From Octopus sinensis (taxonomy: Eukaryota), in assembly GCF_006345805.1 (NCBI RefSeq), contig NC_043003.1, forward strand, positions 29,264,001-29,328,000: a stretch of DNA of 64,000 nt, given 5' to 3'. Position numbers and translations under genes: made by a program. The notes beneath the pieces are model-generated. The model worked only from the letters and a program-made list of their open reading frames with translations. It ran no database searches and was not told the DNA's origin. Numbering within the stretch: the stretch's first letter is position 1; each line of letters begins with the position of its first letter. Positions 37,722 to 51,319 of this stretch are shown here, piece after piece.

Positions 37722-38799
37722 CATCTCTGTTTTTGTTTTATGTACATATATATATGTATATAAATTAGAGAAAAAACGCTACTATGTAATTCAAACAATG
37801 ATAGACATAAACCATATCATACAGAAAAAGTAAAATATATGATAAAACATATATCTAGATCACAAAAATTACTTAATAGTGGTTTTTCTCTAATTTATAT
37901 ATATTATATATTTATATTGTGAAATTTGATTTAATACTAAATTGAATTTTTTCCTGTAAGTTTGGAGTTATACTCCCTAATATTATTATTATTACTATTA
38001 TTATTATTATTATTATTATTATTATCATTATACACACACACACACACATATATATATGTAAAGATAGATAGATAGAGAGAGAGATTGATAGATACACACA
38101 CACACACACTGGATAAATTAAAATTGCATTTCATTTTTGTCCTTGATAAAGCTTTGAGCTGCACCATGAGTGCAGTGCATTTGCAGAAATTCATTTGTGT
38201 CCCAGTATGAAAAATGTATCAGCATCACCATCATCATTGCCATTGCCCTGGTCATTATTTTAATGTCAAAATGGTTCCGTGGTAGTATGGAATCAGAATT
38301 TCTCAAAGCAGGTTTTTTATATGGCTGATTGCCCTTCCTGTTGTCAACCCTCATCTGTTTGCAAGTAATGTAATATTTCCCCTTGTTCAGACTTCTCTTG
38401 AAGAATTTTTTTTATCCAGAGCACTGCCTTGAAGAATTTTTAGTTGAATGAATCAACCCTAGAACTTATTAATTTGTGTTTTTTTAAGCCTGGTACTTAT
38501 TCTATCAGTTTTTTTATTTTTTTTTTGCTGAATCCCTATGTTACAGGAATGTAAACTAACCAACATTGGTCGTCAAGCAGTGGTGGGAGACAAACACACA
38601 CACGCATACACACATGATGGGCTTCTTTCAATTTCTGTCTACCAAATTCACTCACAAGATTTTTGGTCAGCCCAAGGTTATAATAGAAGACACTTGCCCG
38701 AGGTGACTCAATGGGATTGAACCCAAAATCATGTGGTTGGAAAGCAAGCTTCTTATCACACAGCCACACATGCACCTATATCTATCTAACACATTCCTA

Positions 38800-40120
38800 A
38801 CTCCAGCTGCTGTAATCAACTCATCGAGTTTCTTGAGGACGTTACCCAAATCACTGATCGCGGATCCTGGGTGGATGTTGTTTACCTTGACTTTGCTAAG
38901 GCTTTTAACTCTGTGCCACACAAAAGACTTATGGTGAAGCTTTCTGCGTTGGGTGTAAGAGACGAACTCTATAACTGGTTGAAGTCCTTTATTTTCGGCC
39001 GAAAAGAGGTTGTCACAGTTCTAGGACAGCACTCTTCGCCCTATGAGATGACATCTGGTGTACCACAGGGATCTGTTCTTGGCCCCCTTTTATTTGTTGC
39101 ATATGTTAATGACATAGATGCCAACTTAAAGAATGCCACAGTGCTGAAATATGCAGATGACATCAAGCTGTACCTCGAAATAAAGAGGTCAAATCCTGTA
39201 CACTATAGATCCCTATTGCAAGCAGACCTGGACACAATGCAGCAGTGGATCATGGACTGGCAACTCAAGCTGGCTGTGGGCAAATGTACCACCATGCATT
39301 TTGGGAGGAGAAACCCAGCGTCCATCTACTCCCTCCACAACACTAGTCTCAAAAAGTCTTCATGTGAACGTGACCTGGGTGTTATTGTCGACAGTGATTT
39401 GCGTTGGACATAACACATCGCTAAAATTGTCAAGAAGGCTGAGGGTGCCTTGGCATCACTCACCAAATCCTTTGTGAGCCGCTCTCTGGCTATCTATCTG
39501 CGGCTTTATATAGCTATGGTAAGACCTCGCCTGGAATTTGCATCACCAGTCTGGAACCCCTATCTTGCCCAGGATATCAATCGTCTGGAAGCCGTTCAGC
39601 GACGTGCAACCAAAAGAATACCCTCCATCAGGCATTTGCCATATCCTGAACGCCTTACTTCCCTGGGCATGGACACATTGAAACTCCGACGTCTGGCAGC
39701 TGACTTGGCAGACACCCATAAAATTATCAACCATCGTACAAACAATAACTCTGAGCACCTTTTCAAACTCCACCCATCTAACACCCATGGACATATTTAC
39801 AAAGTCAGAAAACAGCATAGCTCCCATGACTTCAGGAAACATTTTTTCATGCTGAGAGTTGCTGAAGCGTGGAACAAACTGCCGGCATCAGTTGTTAGTT
39901 GTCGGAGCACTGCATCCTTCAAAACTTCCATGCTTTCTGAGATTCGCCAACACTACACCTGATTTTCTCCCCTCCATACACACACAAGCATGTATCTGAC
40001 TCATACATTGTTCGCTTTCCAAACATTTCTACATTACTGCATGTACTTTATATGCACTTTCTGACAAGTTGTGGTGCACCTGAGCACTGTATACAATAAT
40101 TTCATTATTATTATTATTAT
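38800..40120 (+). mobile_element. 5'-truncated CR1-type LINE (RT and C-terminus, one in-frame stop at 39411-39413), (ATT)n tail
   Basis: VVYLDFAKAFNSVPH, SGVPQGSVLGPLLF, KYADDIKLY, ERDLGVIVD, VRPRLEFASPVWNPY, LEAVQRRATK, HFFMLRVAEAWNKLP. Confidence 0.92.
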
Positions 40121-40193
40121 ATACACATTACAGTTATGGTTTTTTTTTTGTCTTTTCTCTTCCAGATCCCAAATTTCGAGTAGAAGGATTTAA

Positions 40194-40456
40194 ATGGTTT
40201 GTTTCAGCATTACAATGCTGGCAGCAATGAATGAAGACAATGCTGTGTTATCGGGTCGTAACCTTATCATTGACGAGAGTAGTTTTGAGGAGAACTTCTT
40301 GCGGTGCATGATTTGTCGGGAGAAATTCAGCAAACAAGAACACCTACCAAAATTTCTACAATGCAATCACACTTTCTGCTTGCTGTGTTTGAAAAATGTT
40401 CTTAAACATGCTAATAACAACAGCCAAACCTTAAGACCTGATAAAAATATCCTTAG
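40194..40456 (+). CDS. TRIM-like E3 ligase, first coding exon (N-terminal part of C3HC4 RING)
   Basis: Acceptor at 40165, CMIC...LPKFLQCNHTFCLLC, GTAAGT donor at 40457, phase 2; the start ATG could be a few codons downstream. Confidence 0.88.
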
Positions 40457-42346
40457 GTAAGTATGTCTCTTAATTTCATCTTTTTTAATTCTTTCATTTC
40501 ATTTAGTTTCCCTTTTTTTTTTTTTTCTTAACTTCTGAAGTTGTAGAAGACATCTTCCCCAGGTGCCATGTGGTTGGATTGAACCTGAGACCACATGGTT
40601 GAGAAGCAACTTCTCAACCATTTAGCTATGCCTGTGTGTGTAATCTAAATTTAAATATTCTCATTCTCTTTTCCTTTCTGTCTGACTGTTTCTGTCTCTG
40701 TCTCTCTTTCTCTCTTCTCTCTCTCCCTCTTGCTTTTGTCATTATCATTAACAACTTAGTATCCACTGTGCCGTCAGGTTAGAATAAATTTGTTGAGGTA
40801 GATTTTCTACAGCAAAGATGCTCTTCCTGTTGCCAACCCTTGCCTGTTTCCAAGCAAAGTAATATTTCCTATGACAAGACATGTTTTTCATGGATGACTG
40901 GAAATAAACAGTGTTGCTAGTCTGACAGTGATGTTCGTTTACAGCCATCATATGTGTACAAGTGTATACACAGACACATGCATACGCAACAGACTTCTTT
41001 CAGTTTCTATCTGCCATATTTACTAACAAGTGCTTTACTCACCTGGTGCTTTAGTGGACGAATGTTTTCAAAGTATCATGCAGTAGGACTGAACATGAGA
41101 CCACAAGGTTGTGAAGCAAGCTTCTTAACCATACAACCATGCCTCAGCTCAAAAACCAACCAAAGTTGACAAGACTCTCTGATTGCCCATTTGAGTGGGT
41201 TGGTAAAATACACTCCAGTATCAGTTACTCTTTTACTTGTTTCAGTCATGTGACTGCAGCCATGCTGGAGCACCACCTTTAGTTGAGCAAATCGACCCCA
41301 GAGCTTATTCTTTGTAAGCCTAGTACTTATTCTATCGGCCTTTTTCGCCGAACTGCTAAGTTACGGGGACATAAACACACTAGCATCAGTTGTCAAGCGA
41401 TGCTGGGGTGACAAACACAGATACACACACACACATATATATACATATACATATATACGACGGGCTTCTTTCAGTTTCCATCTACCAAATCCACTCACAA
41501 GGCTTTGGTCGGCCCGAGGCTATAGTAATAGACACTTGCCCAAGGTGCCACGCAGCAGGACTGAAGCCAGAACCATATGGTTGGTAAGCAAGCTACTTAC
41601 CACACAGCCACTCCTGCGCCTATATATAGTCATAAATGACAGATAAAAATTTAGATGAATCTTTATTTAATAATAAAAAATCCAAATATCATAACAAATT
41701 TGTTTCATAACTCAAAAAACATGTAAATAACTTATATTATCATATTTAATAATAAATAAATTAATTACGTCTGCACTAGCACAAAATGTAAAAAAATTCT
41801 TTCAAAATAATGCAGAAATTGAGCTATGCCATCAGATGAAATAGATTTTATGTTAAATGTAAATCTCAGTGTAATGAAATATGAACACTGTGTTAAAATT
41901 TTTAAAGGTTATTGAAGACAATAATGGCAGAATTAACATGAATTAATAAAAGGAATTTCTAATAAATTGAAGGGAATTTTAGTAATATAATTAAAATATA
42001 AATATTGTATAATCATTATCAGTATGTAAATAAGTTTGAAATATGAATTATTATTATAATAAAGGTGATTCAATTGACTGTATATATAAATAAATGCATA
42101 TACTTATATAGACATATATACACATATAGTCAAATGTATATAGACACACACACATATATATATATATAACAATTACAATATACACCACATTCACAGTACA
42201 CTCACACAGCAACTTACACACACATGGATGTACAACACAATATACAATACAGACACATTTACACACAGCATACAACATATATGCACAAGAGCTTCATAAT
42301 AATATTGAGGTGGTGGTGGCATAGGTGGTGTCAACAGCGACAGTAG

Positions 42347-42418
<72 letters not shown>

Positions 42419-43630
42419 TGATGCTTTTTTTTTTCTACTCTGGCTTTGAACATCCCCTGTTATTGATTTTGACAGGGTGGCTACAGCAAGAGAGGGGAGG
42501 GTGCTATTGTCTGATCACATCACATTAAATACCATTGCCACCCTCAGTAGAAATATCACAGGGTTAGGGGTGAGGCATATAACTGTAATGTGCCACCATG
42601 GTACCAGTGAAATGCCATAGAAACTCCTGTAAATGTTAATGAAAGTGGTGATGATGAGGATGATTACGATGATGATGATTACAATGATGATGATTGTGAT
42701 TACGATGATGATGGTGGTGGTGGTGGTGGTGGAAGTAGGAATCATGGTAATGATGATGAGGAGGAGAATGTTGAAATGTTTATTGTAGTATTAGATGATG
42801 GAATGATGATAGATGTGATGATAAAATGTCATGGAAACCCATTATTGTTAGCAATAATGATGATGGTGGTAGTGGTGATGATTGTTACTGGTGGTGGTGT
42901 TGGTGGTAACAGTAGTGATGGGGGTGGAAGTAGCGCTTCTTCCTCTTCTGTTTCTATAAGACATTACGCATAACACAAGAACACAAGAAACGTTGTCCAG
43001 TCAACACTGACCAATCCACTTCCACCATTGATGTTTCTATTCATAAGCAAGGTCAGCAGCTTCCCTAAAATTGAACATTACATCTGACCAGAACCTCAAG
43101 ACTTGGGAAAATGTAGGTTTTGTGGCAAAATGCGGGCGACACAATAGGACTGTGTAGGCTTATACCTGTGGTTCGAAAAGATTTTGAAAAGATGGCCACT
43201 GACCTATACAACCATGTGCTCATTTTGCACAGCCATACATACACCTACACAGTTATGCCTGTTCCTGCCCCATGCAACCATGCCTGCTACATCACATCTG
43301 CTTTTATTCTTTTTGTTTTATTCTTTTATGTGTTTCAGTCATTTGATTGTAGCCGTGCTGGAGCACCACCATAAAGGTTTTTTAGTCAAAGAAATCAGTG
43401 CCAGGACTTATTATTTGTAAGCCTAGTACTCATTCTATCAGTCTCTTTTGCCAAACCGCTAATTTACAGGGGCGTAAACACACCAAAATTGGTTGTCAAA
43501 CAATAGTGGGAGGACAAACTCAGACACACATAAATATATATGTATGTATGTTTGTTTGTTTGTTTGTTTGTTTGTATGTATGTATGTATGTATGTATGTA
43601 TGTATGTATGTATATATATATATATATATA

Positions 43631-43868
43631 CATATACGTTTAAATATTTGTTGTGCAAGATTTTTTATGTGAAGTCGTGTGTTGAAACAGATATTGTTAT
43701 ATTTCGGAATGGTCATATTGCCAGTTTAGCCAATAAACTGAAGCAAAATAACACCAAATATATAGTGCGTGTGTTTTTATTGGCTAAACTGGCAATATGA
43801 CCATTCCGAAATATAACAATATATACATATATATATATATATATAATATATATATATATATTATATAT

Positions 43869-43911
<43 letters not shown>

Positions 43912-43995
43912 TATATATTTAAACTATTTATTCCCATGCTGGCCACTAGATAAGATCGATATTTAAATATCGATATTATCCTTATTTATAAATTC

Positions 43996-44027
<32 letters not shown>

Positions 44028-44240
44028 CGTTTAAATATTTGTTGTGCAAGATTTTTTATGTGAAGTCGTGTGTTGAAACAGATATTGTTATATTTCGGAA
44101 TGGTCATATTGCCAGTTTAGCCAATAAACTGAAGCAAAATAACACCAAATATATAGTGCGTGTGTTTTTATTGGCTAAACTGGCAATATGACCATTCCGA
44201 AATATAACAATATATACATATATATATATATATATTATAT

Positions 44241-44273
<33 letters not shown>

Positions 44274-44350
44274 TTAAACTATTTATTCCCATGCTGGCCA
44301 CTAGATAAGATCGATATTTAAATATCGATATTATCCTTATTTATAAATTC
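43631..44350. repeat. Two tandem copies of a (TA)n-embedded unit with a perfect 47-bp-arm hairpin
   Basis: Units 43631-43995 and 44022-44350 are identical apart from their TA tracts; arms 43691-43737 / 43776-43822. Confidence 0.9.
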
Positions 44351-44570
44351 ATATATATATATATACACACACACACACAACAGGCTTCTTTCAGTTTCTT
44401 TCTACCAAATCCACTCACAATGCTTTGGTCAGCTCAAGGCTATAATAGAAAACACTTGCCCAAAGTGCCACGCAGTGGGACTGAACCTTGAACCATGTGG
44501 TTGGGAAGATGTTACATGTAGAATAATATTCTAGTGTGTTTTCATTTTCATTTTCATTTTTGTTGACCAG

Positions 44571-44870
44571 GTGTCCAACTTGCAGAAAGGAGACATGTTT
44601 GCCATACCATTCAGTTGATTCCTTACCAACTGACCACAGAATCATCCAAATGATGGACTTTCTGTCTGTGCAACAGACAGATCTTAGGTTGAAGAGTCAG
44701 TGTATGAAACATGGTAACCAACCAGTGTACTTTTTCTGCAGCAAGTGCAGACTTCCAGTATGCCAAGACTGTACCATTTTTGACCATAATGAACAAGATG
44801 GTCATATCATTACAGACTTAAAAACTGAGTTGGAGAGTAGCGCAGAACGTTTCACAGAAATTGGTAAACG
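44571..44870 (+). CDS. TRIM-like gene exon (RING end CPTC plus B-box 2)
   Basis: gaccAG acceptor, phase 2-2, CPTCRK..VDSLPTD..CMKHGNQPVYFFCSKCRLPVCQDCTIFDH...GH; GTACGT donor. Confidence 0.9.
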
Positions 44871-47406
44871 GTACGTAAACTTTTATATTTGTTCTTTCAA
44901 CTTTAAATCCTCTTGTTGTCCTTTAACTTCAGATCAGCCCTGATTGAATAAATTTATGATGAATGTCAGTCCAGATGTGACCATCCTGTCTTTTATCTTT
45001 TCATATTTAGATCGAGTATACAGCAGATAGCACTCTTGAATATATCATCTTTTTAAGAGTGTCATATGAAGGAAGGATTAGCTGCTATTTCTAGCAGATT
45101 GTGTTCCACATAGAAGCTTCGTCATTAGCTTGTTGTTGCTTAGCCTCAAGTCAGCTTCGATTGTGATGACCTATGTCCAAAGACGTTTTTGTGACTATCT
45201 CATATTTTTGGTTGACAAAGTGTATTTAGGACTACATTATGAACACAGCCTTGTTTTTAAGATAGTTAGATATGAAGGATATTTGTTTACTATTTCTTGC
45301 AGGTAAAGTGACCATGTAGAGATTTCCTTCTTGGCGTGATATTTCATTGTTTTTCTTTCCTTTAAGTGAGGGCCACAACATATATTTCTTTACTACACAC
45401 AAGGGGCTAAACATAGAGGGCGACAAACAAGGACAGACAAAGGGATTAAGTCGATTACATCGACTCCAGTGCAAAACTGGTACTTTATTTATCGACCCCG
45501 AAAGGATGAAAGGCAAAGTTGACCTCGGCGGAATTTAAACACAGAACATAACAACAGACGAAATACCACTAAGCATTACGTCCAGCATGCTAACATTTCT
45601 GCCAGCTTGCTGCCTTATTTGTTTCAGTCATTTGACTGTGGCCATGCTGGAACACCACCTTTAGTCGAACAAATCGACCCCAGGGCCACAACATAATGAG
45701 TGAAAATTGTCAAACTAAACCGAGCAGAGTTGTGCACCTTACTAAGGGGTTTTAACTTAAGACACAACTGTTTCGTATTTAGACACATGACCAATAATGT
45801 TTGAAAGCAGGATGTTGGTTAATTCCATCAACCCCAGTACTTAATTGGTACTTCATTTTATAAACCTTGTAGGGATGAAAGACACAGTTGACCTTCATGG
45901 AATTTGAACTTGCAATGTAGGGAACTGAAAGAAATACTGCAAGGTGTTTTCTAACATCATCAACATTACTTAGCCCTTTTGTTGCTATATTTCTGTTGAA
46001 ATACACTGCTTTTGTTTCAATTAATTTTTTAAATAATGAAGAATTTAGTAAAAGAGATATCTTTGTCATTACTAAGCTGATGTTTGAAACATATTAATCC
46101 TTTCTACTAAAGGCACGTGGCCTGAAATTTTGGGGGGAGGGGCTAAGTTGACTACATTGACTCCAGTGCATAACTGGTATTTAATTTATCAACTCCAAAA
46201 GACGAAAGGCAAAGTTGACCTCAGTGGAATTTGAACTCAGAATCTAATAACAGATGAAATGCCACTAAGCATTTTGCCCAATGTGCTAACAATTCTGCTA
46301 GCTCACCACCTGAAATGTTGATAGAAGATTTTCATTTAGATTATAGAAAGAACAGCAGATCCAGGTAGGTTGATATCAGAAGGGTCTGTTTTCCATGTCA
46401 GCATGGGTTAAGTGTTTTGATTTGGTCTAAAGAGTCAGAGGGCTGTGTCATGTTCCAATGGTATGGTTTCCATTGTTGGATGCCCTTCCTAATGTCAACC
46501 ATTTTACAAAATGTCCTGGGTATTTTTTCCCACGGCACCACCTCTAGTGAGGTCACAACATAACTTGCAAGACTAATGAACCCCTCGACTAAATGGGAAT
46601 ATAGCTGAGAGGGAGACAGATTTAAGCTAGGTGCTGATAAGTGGAAGTATGATAGAAGAGACCAGAACAGGTTTGTTGCTGTGGAAAAGATACATGGTCA
46701 CCTGATATAATATATAGGAGGGTGAGTGTAATTGGGGTATAGCTGGAAAGAGAGATAAAGATAGTAAGAATGAGATTTTGAAGCATCAAGAGCATCAGAT
46801 GGTACCATCACATTTCCAACAAAGAACTGCATGCATCAGTCCACAGCCTCCCACCTCATAGCTATCCATTGGCTGAGCTGATACAGACTTTTATTATAGC
46901 TAAAGATATTTTTGAGATGTAGACATGAAATGGTATAGGTATGAAATGAATTCATATTGCTATAGATGCAATGATGTCACAGTGCAACAATATTTAATTC
47001 TAGTTTGTCTCATTTTATGTACCTGAAGACCAGGTAATGAGTCTTCTGAAGAAAAGAGACTTGTACAAGACTAAGAGTCTATTCAGCAGAAAGGTTATTG
47101 TCTTCACAATCCTTCTGTGCATGATGAGATTGGTGGGGTAAATGTTCATCAGTTGCAATTCAACAGATGCAAGAAAATATTGGCAGGGAGGGAATTTCAG
47201 AGGGATGACATTCTGAAGAAGAAGGATTGAGAAGAATAGTAAATGAGAACTTTTTAATAGCACATTCATGTCTGCATGGAATGAAGAAGCTAGGAATAAT
47301 TATGCATTTTCTTTTCTAAGTGTTTATGTTTATTATATATGTGGGTTTGTGGTTTAGCTCCTTGTTCTAGAGGTGCTTTTCATAGAGTCTTTGTTTGTGT
47401 TTCTAG

Positions 47407-48047
47407 GTGCCAAGAATGCATCAAGTCTGCACGAGAGATGATAAATGGACACACAACAGCTTCCAAGAGACTTGATGTCATTGAGAAGCAGATTAAGTGT
47501 ATCATAAAGGAAACCTTCATCGAGTACCGTCTACTGCTTGAGAAAAGGGAAAAAGCACTTGCAGAAAAGGCCACTGAGATGATACGAGAGCAGAAGTCCA
47601 AAAAAGACAGTAGGTTTGAAGAGCCAGATTTGACTGAAGATTCTTTAGAGCGCCACAAGAGGTCCTTTCCAAAAGTCAGAAGGGGGTCGAATGATATGTT
47701 TCGTTTTTTCAACATTGAAAAGGAAATTGATAGCATCATCAAAAAAGATGAAGCAACAGACAGCGATGACACAGATGATAAACACTCACAGACCACAAGT
47801 CTGGAGAGATACAATGAGGTGCAACTCACCGATGAACTGAATAGTCTTGACCAGGTTATTATGCAGTTGGATCCAACTCTGAAGAATCCATTGCATACGA
47901 TGGAACCACCAAGAGCAAGCAAATTCGAAGACAGAGGTGTTGTCACATATCCTGCGAGGGATGCTGAAAGTGGAGAACATCTGAACATGACTATGAAAGA
48001 GAAGCTGGAATCTTATGAAAATTGGATCAGCCAAGCTGCAACATTGG
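47407..48047 (+). CDS. TRIM-like gene exon (coiled coil and acidic region)
   Basis: ttctAG acceptor, phase 2-1, IKETFIEYRLLLEKREKALAEK coiled coil; GTAAGT donor at 48048. Confidence 0.85.
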
Positions 48048-48092
48048 GTAAGTCGCTTTTCCCTTCTTTGAATGGCAGAATGGTTAAGTTAA

Positions 48093-48312
48093 CCCTTTAG
48101 TATTTAAACTGGTAATATTTGACCAAAATATTCTACCCGTTTTGTGTTCAAACCAGCCAAACCTGACCTCTCACACTTACCCTACCATGCCATTCTAAAA
48201 ATAAACAATCACATCATCAAAATTTCACAGCTATAAGAGAATGCATGATTAATAAAAAACAATTTGAATAAATAAGCTTCACATTTGACAAAGTAATCTG
48301 AATGTTAAAGGG
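48093..48312. mobile_element. piggyBac-type MITE
   Basis: TTAA|ccctttag...ttaaaggg|TTAA termini; related copies at ~14548 and ~24895-25110. Confidence 0.7.
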
Positions 48313-49289
48313 TTAAAAAGTTTGATACCTGTGGAATACTCAGCCAGTTCACATGCTAATTCAATGAATGGGTTATCCACTTCATCAAACAAATGAATTT
48401 TCATGAAGTTGAATTTGACTCAAAAGTTCATCATGGTATTTCATCATATGTATTTCTTTGTTTAATGTGACTAGGGACGGGGTGTTGATTGGAAGGAGAC
48501 TTAGCTGCCATTTATTGCAACTTGTTTACATAGAAGCTTCCTCATTGATTCACATGAAATGGAATGTGTGTCAAATGTAGGTGATTATTTTCACTTAGCA
48601 TTCATTAATGATGATTAAGTGGAGGCGCATGGCCTAGTAGTTAGAGCAGCGGACTCACAGTTGAGGGATCGCGGGTTCAAATCTCAGACTGGGCAATGTG
48701 TGTGTTTATGAGCGAAACATCTAAGCTCCACACGGCTCTGGCATAAAGGTAATGGCGAACCTCTGCTGACTCTTTCACCACAACTTTCTCTCACTCTTTC
48801 CTCCTGCATCTTGCAGCTCACCTGCAACAGACCGGTGTCCCATCCAGGTGGGGAACCTATGTGCCAAGGAAACCGAGAAACCAGGCTTGGTTCAAGAAGG
48901 AACAAACAATGATGATTAACCTGAAGTAGCAAATTAGACATGTAGTCGGTTATGTTTAGATGTGATAATCATCTTCATTATCATCATTCCTATCATCATC
49001 ACTACCACCACCACCATCATCATCACTATCATCACCGTCATCATCATCACCACCACCACATTATCATCACATCATCATCATCATTATCACTGCCACCACC
49101 ACCATAAGCAGTAGCAGCAGAAACATTATCAGTAGTATTCAGTAATTATCAGCGAAGGATTCTTTTAGTTAATCCTGGTCATTGGATGTCTGTTATATCC
49201 AAACAATGTAAAATGTATCATAAATTTGTTGTTGGCATCCTTTTGTCTCAGGAGACAATGGAGTTGTGCATAAACTAATCCAGTCTGGT

Positions 49290-49650
49290 TTTTTCATTTC
49301 ATGTCCTCTCCAGTTTTGCACAGGCTTGGGCTAGATATAAGAAAATACTGGGTAGCCCAATCGTCAGGATTCCTCTCTCGACCTTGCTGACGTAGTCGAA
49401 AGGAATGCAGAGCATTACGTTTGGCACCAGCTTGATTGCAGGAGCTGCCGGAAGAGTGTTGAGTCGAACACTAAACCGCCTACAGGGCTCCACTCCAGAT
49501 TTCTTTGAAGGTTGTCTCCTTTCTGTAACCCTGGACAGGGGCCCATACTGGGTACTGTTAGCCGGAGCCAGCTGAGCCCGAGACTTGTGTCAGGCAGGTC
49601 GTCAGTCCCTGAGGTAGCGAAGAAAATCGCTCGCTACCCACTACCTGTAT
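49290..49650 (-). mobile_element. GC-rich isolated fragment resembling a non-LTR (RTE-type) 5' UTR
   Basis: CpG-rich and structured; recalled resemblance to RTE leaders; no ORF follows. Confidence 0.4.
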
Positions 49651-49925
49651 CAAAAATACCATAAACCAAAAGCCTATTAGTTAGGCACACATTTTTATTT
49701 TAAATAAGAAACTTCAGCAAGCCAATAAACGAGCATTCTTGTGTATGATCGCTACATACTGTATGAACAACGGGGGTGTTTTAATGCAACTACTCAGCCT
49801 GCTAGAAATAAAATTTTACATATTCCTTGATACGTTTGTTTCGTTTATTTTTATATTTGTGTTTATTCAGCCTTGAAATGCTTCAATATTCTATTTTTGC
49901 ATCTATTTTGTTTCCAATATTACAG

Positions 49926-49993
49926 AACGTCGGCGAACTTTGTTAACGTCGGTGAAACAAGACAACAGGCAGCAGCAAGGGGAGGTAATCTAA
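49926..49993 (+). CDS. Probable terminal coding exon of TRIM-like gene
   Basis: ttttgtttccaatattacAG acceptor, phase 1, ERRRTLLTSVKQDNRQQQGEVI*. Confidence 0.5.
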
Positions 49994-50255
49994 CCAGCTA
50001 GCAAGATAAGGATGAGAGTAGCTGAGATGGAAATGTAATTCAACGACATATGCGCGAAATGAAGATAGAAAGTCATATAGATTCTTGTTTAGATTTTTAA
50101 AAAACCTCACCTTCTTCCACACAAAACGAAAAAAAAAAAAAACGAAAGAAAGAAACGACTGAAACTTTCTTAATTTAAAATTTAACCTAGTATGGTTGAG
50201 TTGTTTCCCTTCCATCTTTCAAGTTCTGCATATACATTGAACACACATACACACT

Positions 50256-50642
<387 letters not shown>

Positions 50643-51042
50643 GCGTAACTCAACTTATGTTAGAAATTGGTTTCAAGATATGTGACGTAACTCAAAAAAT
50701 GGCGTAACAGGAAAAAGTTTTCAAATATTTATTAGCTTATGTCCAATTTAATAAATAGTTTGTATATATTTTTACATGTATTTTATTTGATATTCCGCTT
50801 CAGTATTATTTTTAGATCTTTTTAAAAAAATTTTATGCTTTTAAGTATGTTCACGACATAAAGTCAGATAAATCAACTGAAGTTAAAGTCTTTTTTTTTT
50901 CATTAATTTCTTTAAAAAAAATAAAGTGTAAAGTTTAAAAAGACAACTCAAAACAATACAAGTTGAAGTATACCTGTATATGTATATGTGTGTATGTGTG
51001 CGAGTGTGTGTGTGTGTGTGTGTGTGTGTGTATTCTTTGTGC

Positions 51043-51206
51043 ATTAAGGCTACCATTGGTTTCATGTTAAGAAAATATTTTAATATCTTAACAATTGTTC
51101 AAGTCAATCATAAGGAAACAAACTCCAATTTCTTCATGTGATTGCTTTGAAAATTTGTTAAGATATTAAGGTATTTTCTTAACATGAAACCAATGGTAGC
51201 CTTAAT
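51043..51206. repeat. ~75-bp-arm palindrome between (TG)n and (TA)n tracts
   Basis: attaaggctaccattggtttcatgttaagaaaata / tattttcttaacatgaaaccaatggtagccttaat. Confidence 0.85.
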
Positions 51207-51275
51207 AAGCAAATAAAGAATCTTTTGCCATGTATGCGATATTGATCAATTATTCTCATTGTTCAAAATTTACAC

Positions 51276-51319
<44 letters not shown>

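Noticed and set aside
47380-47988. 202-aa minus-strand ORF
   Set aside because: Antisense shadow of the TRIM coiled-coil exon
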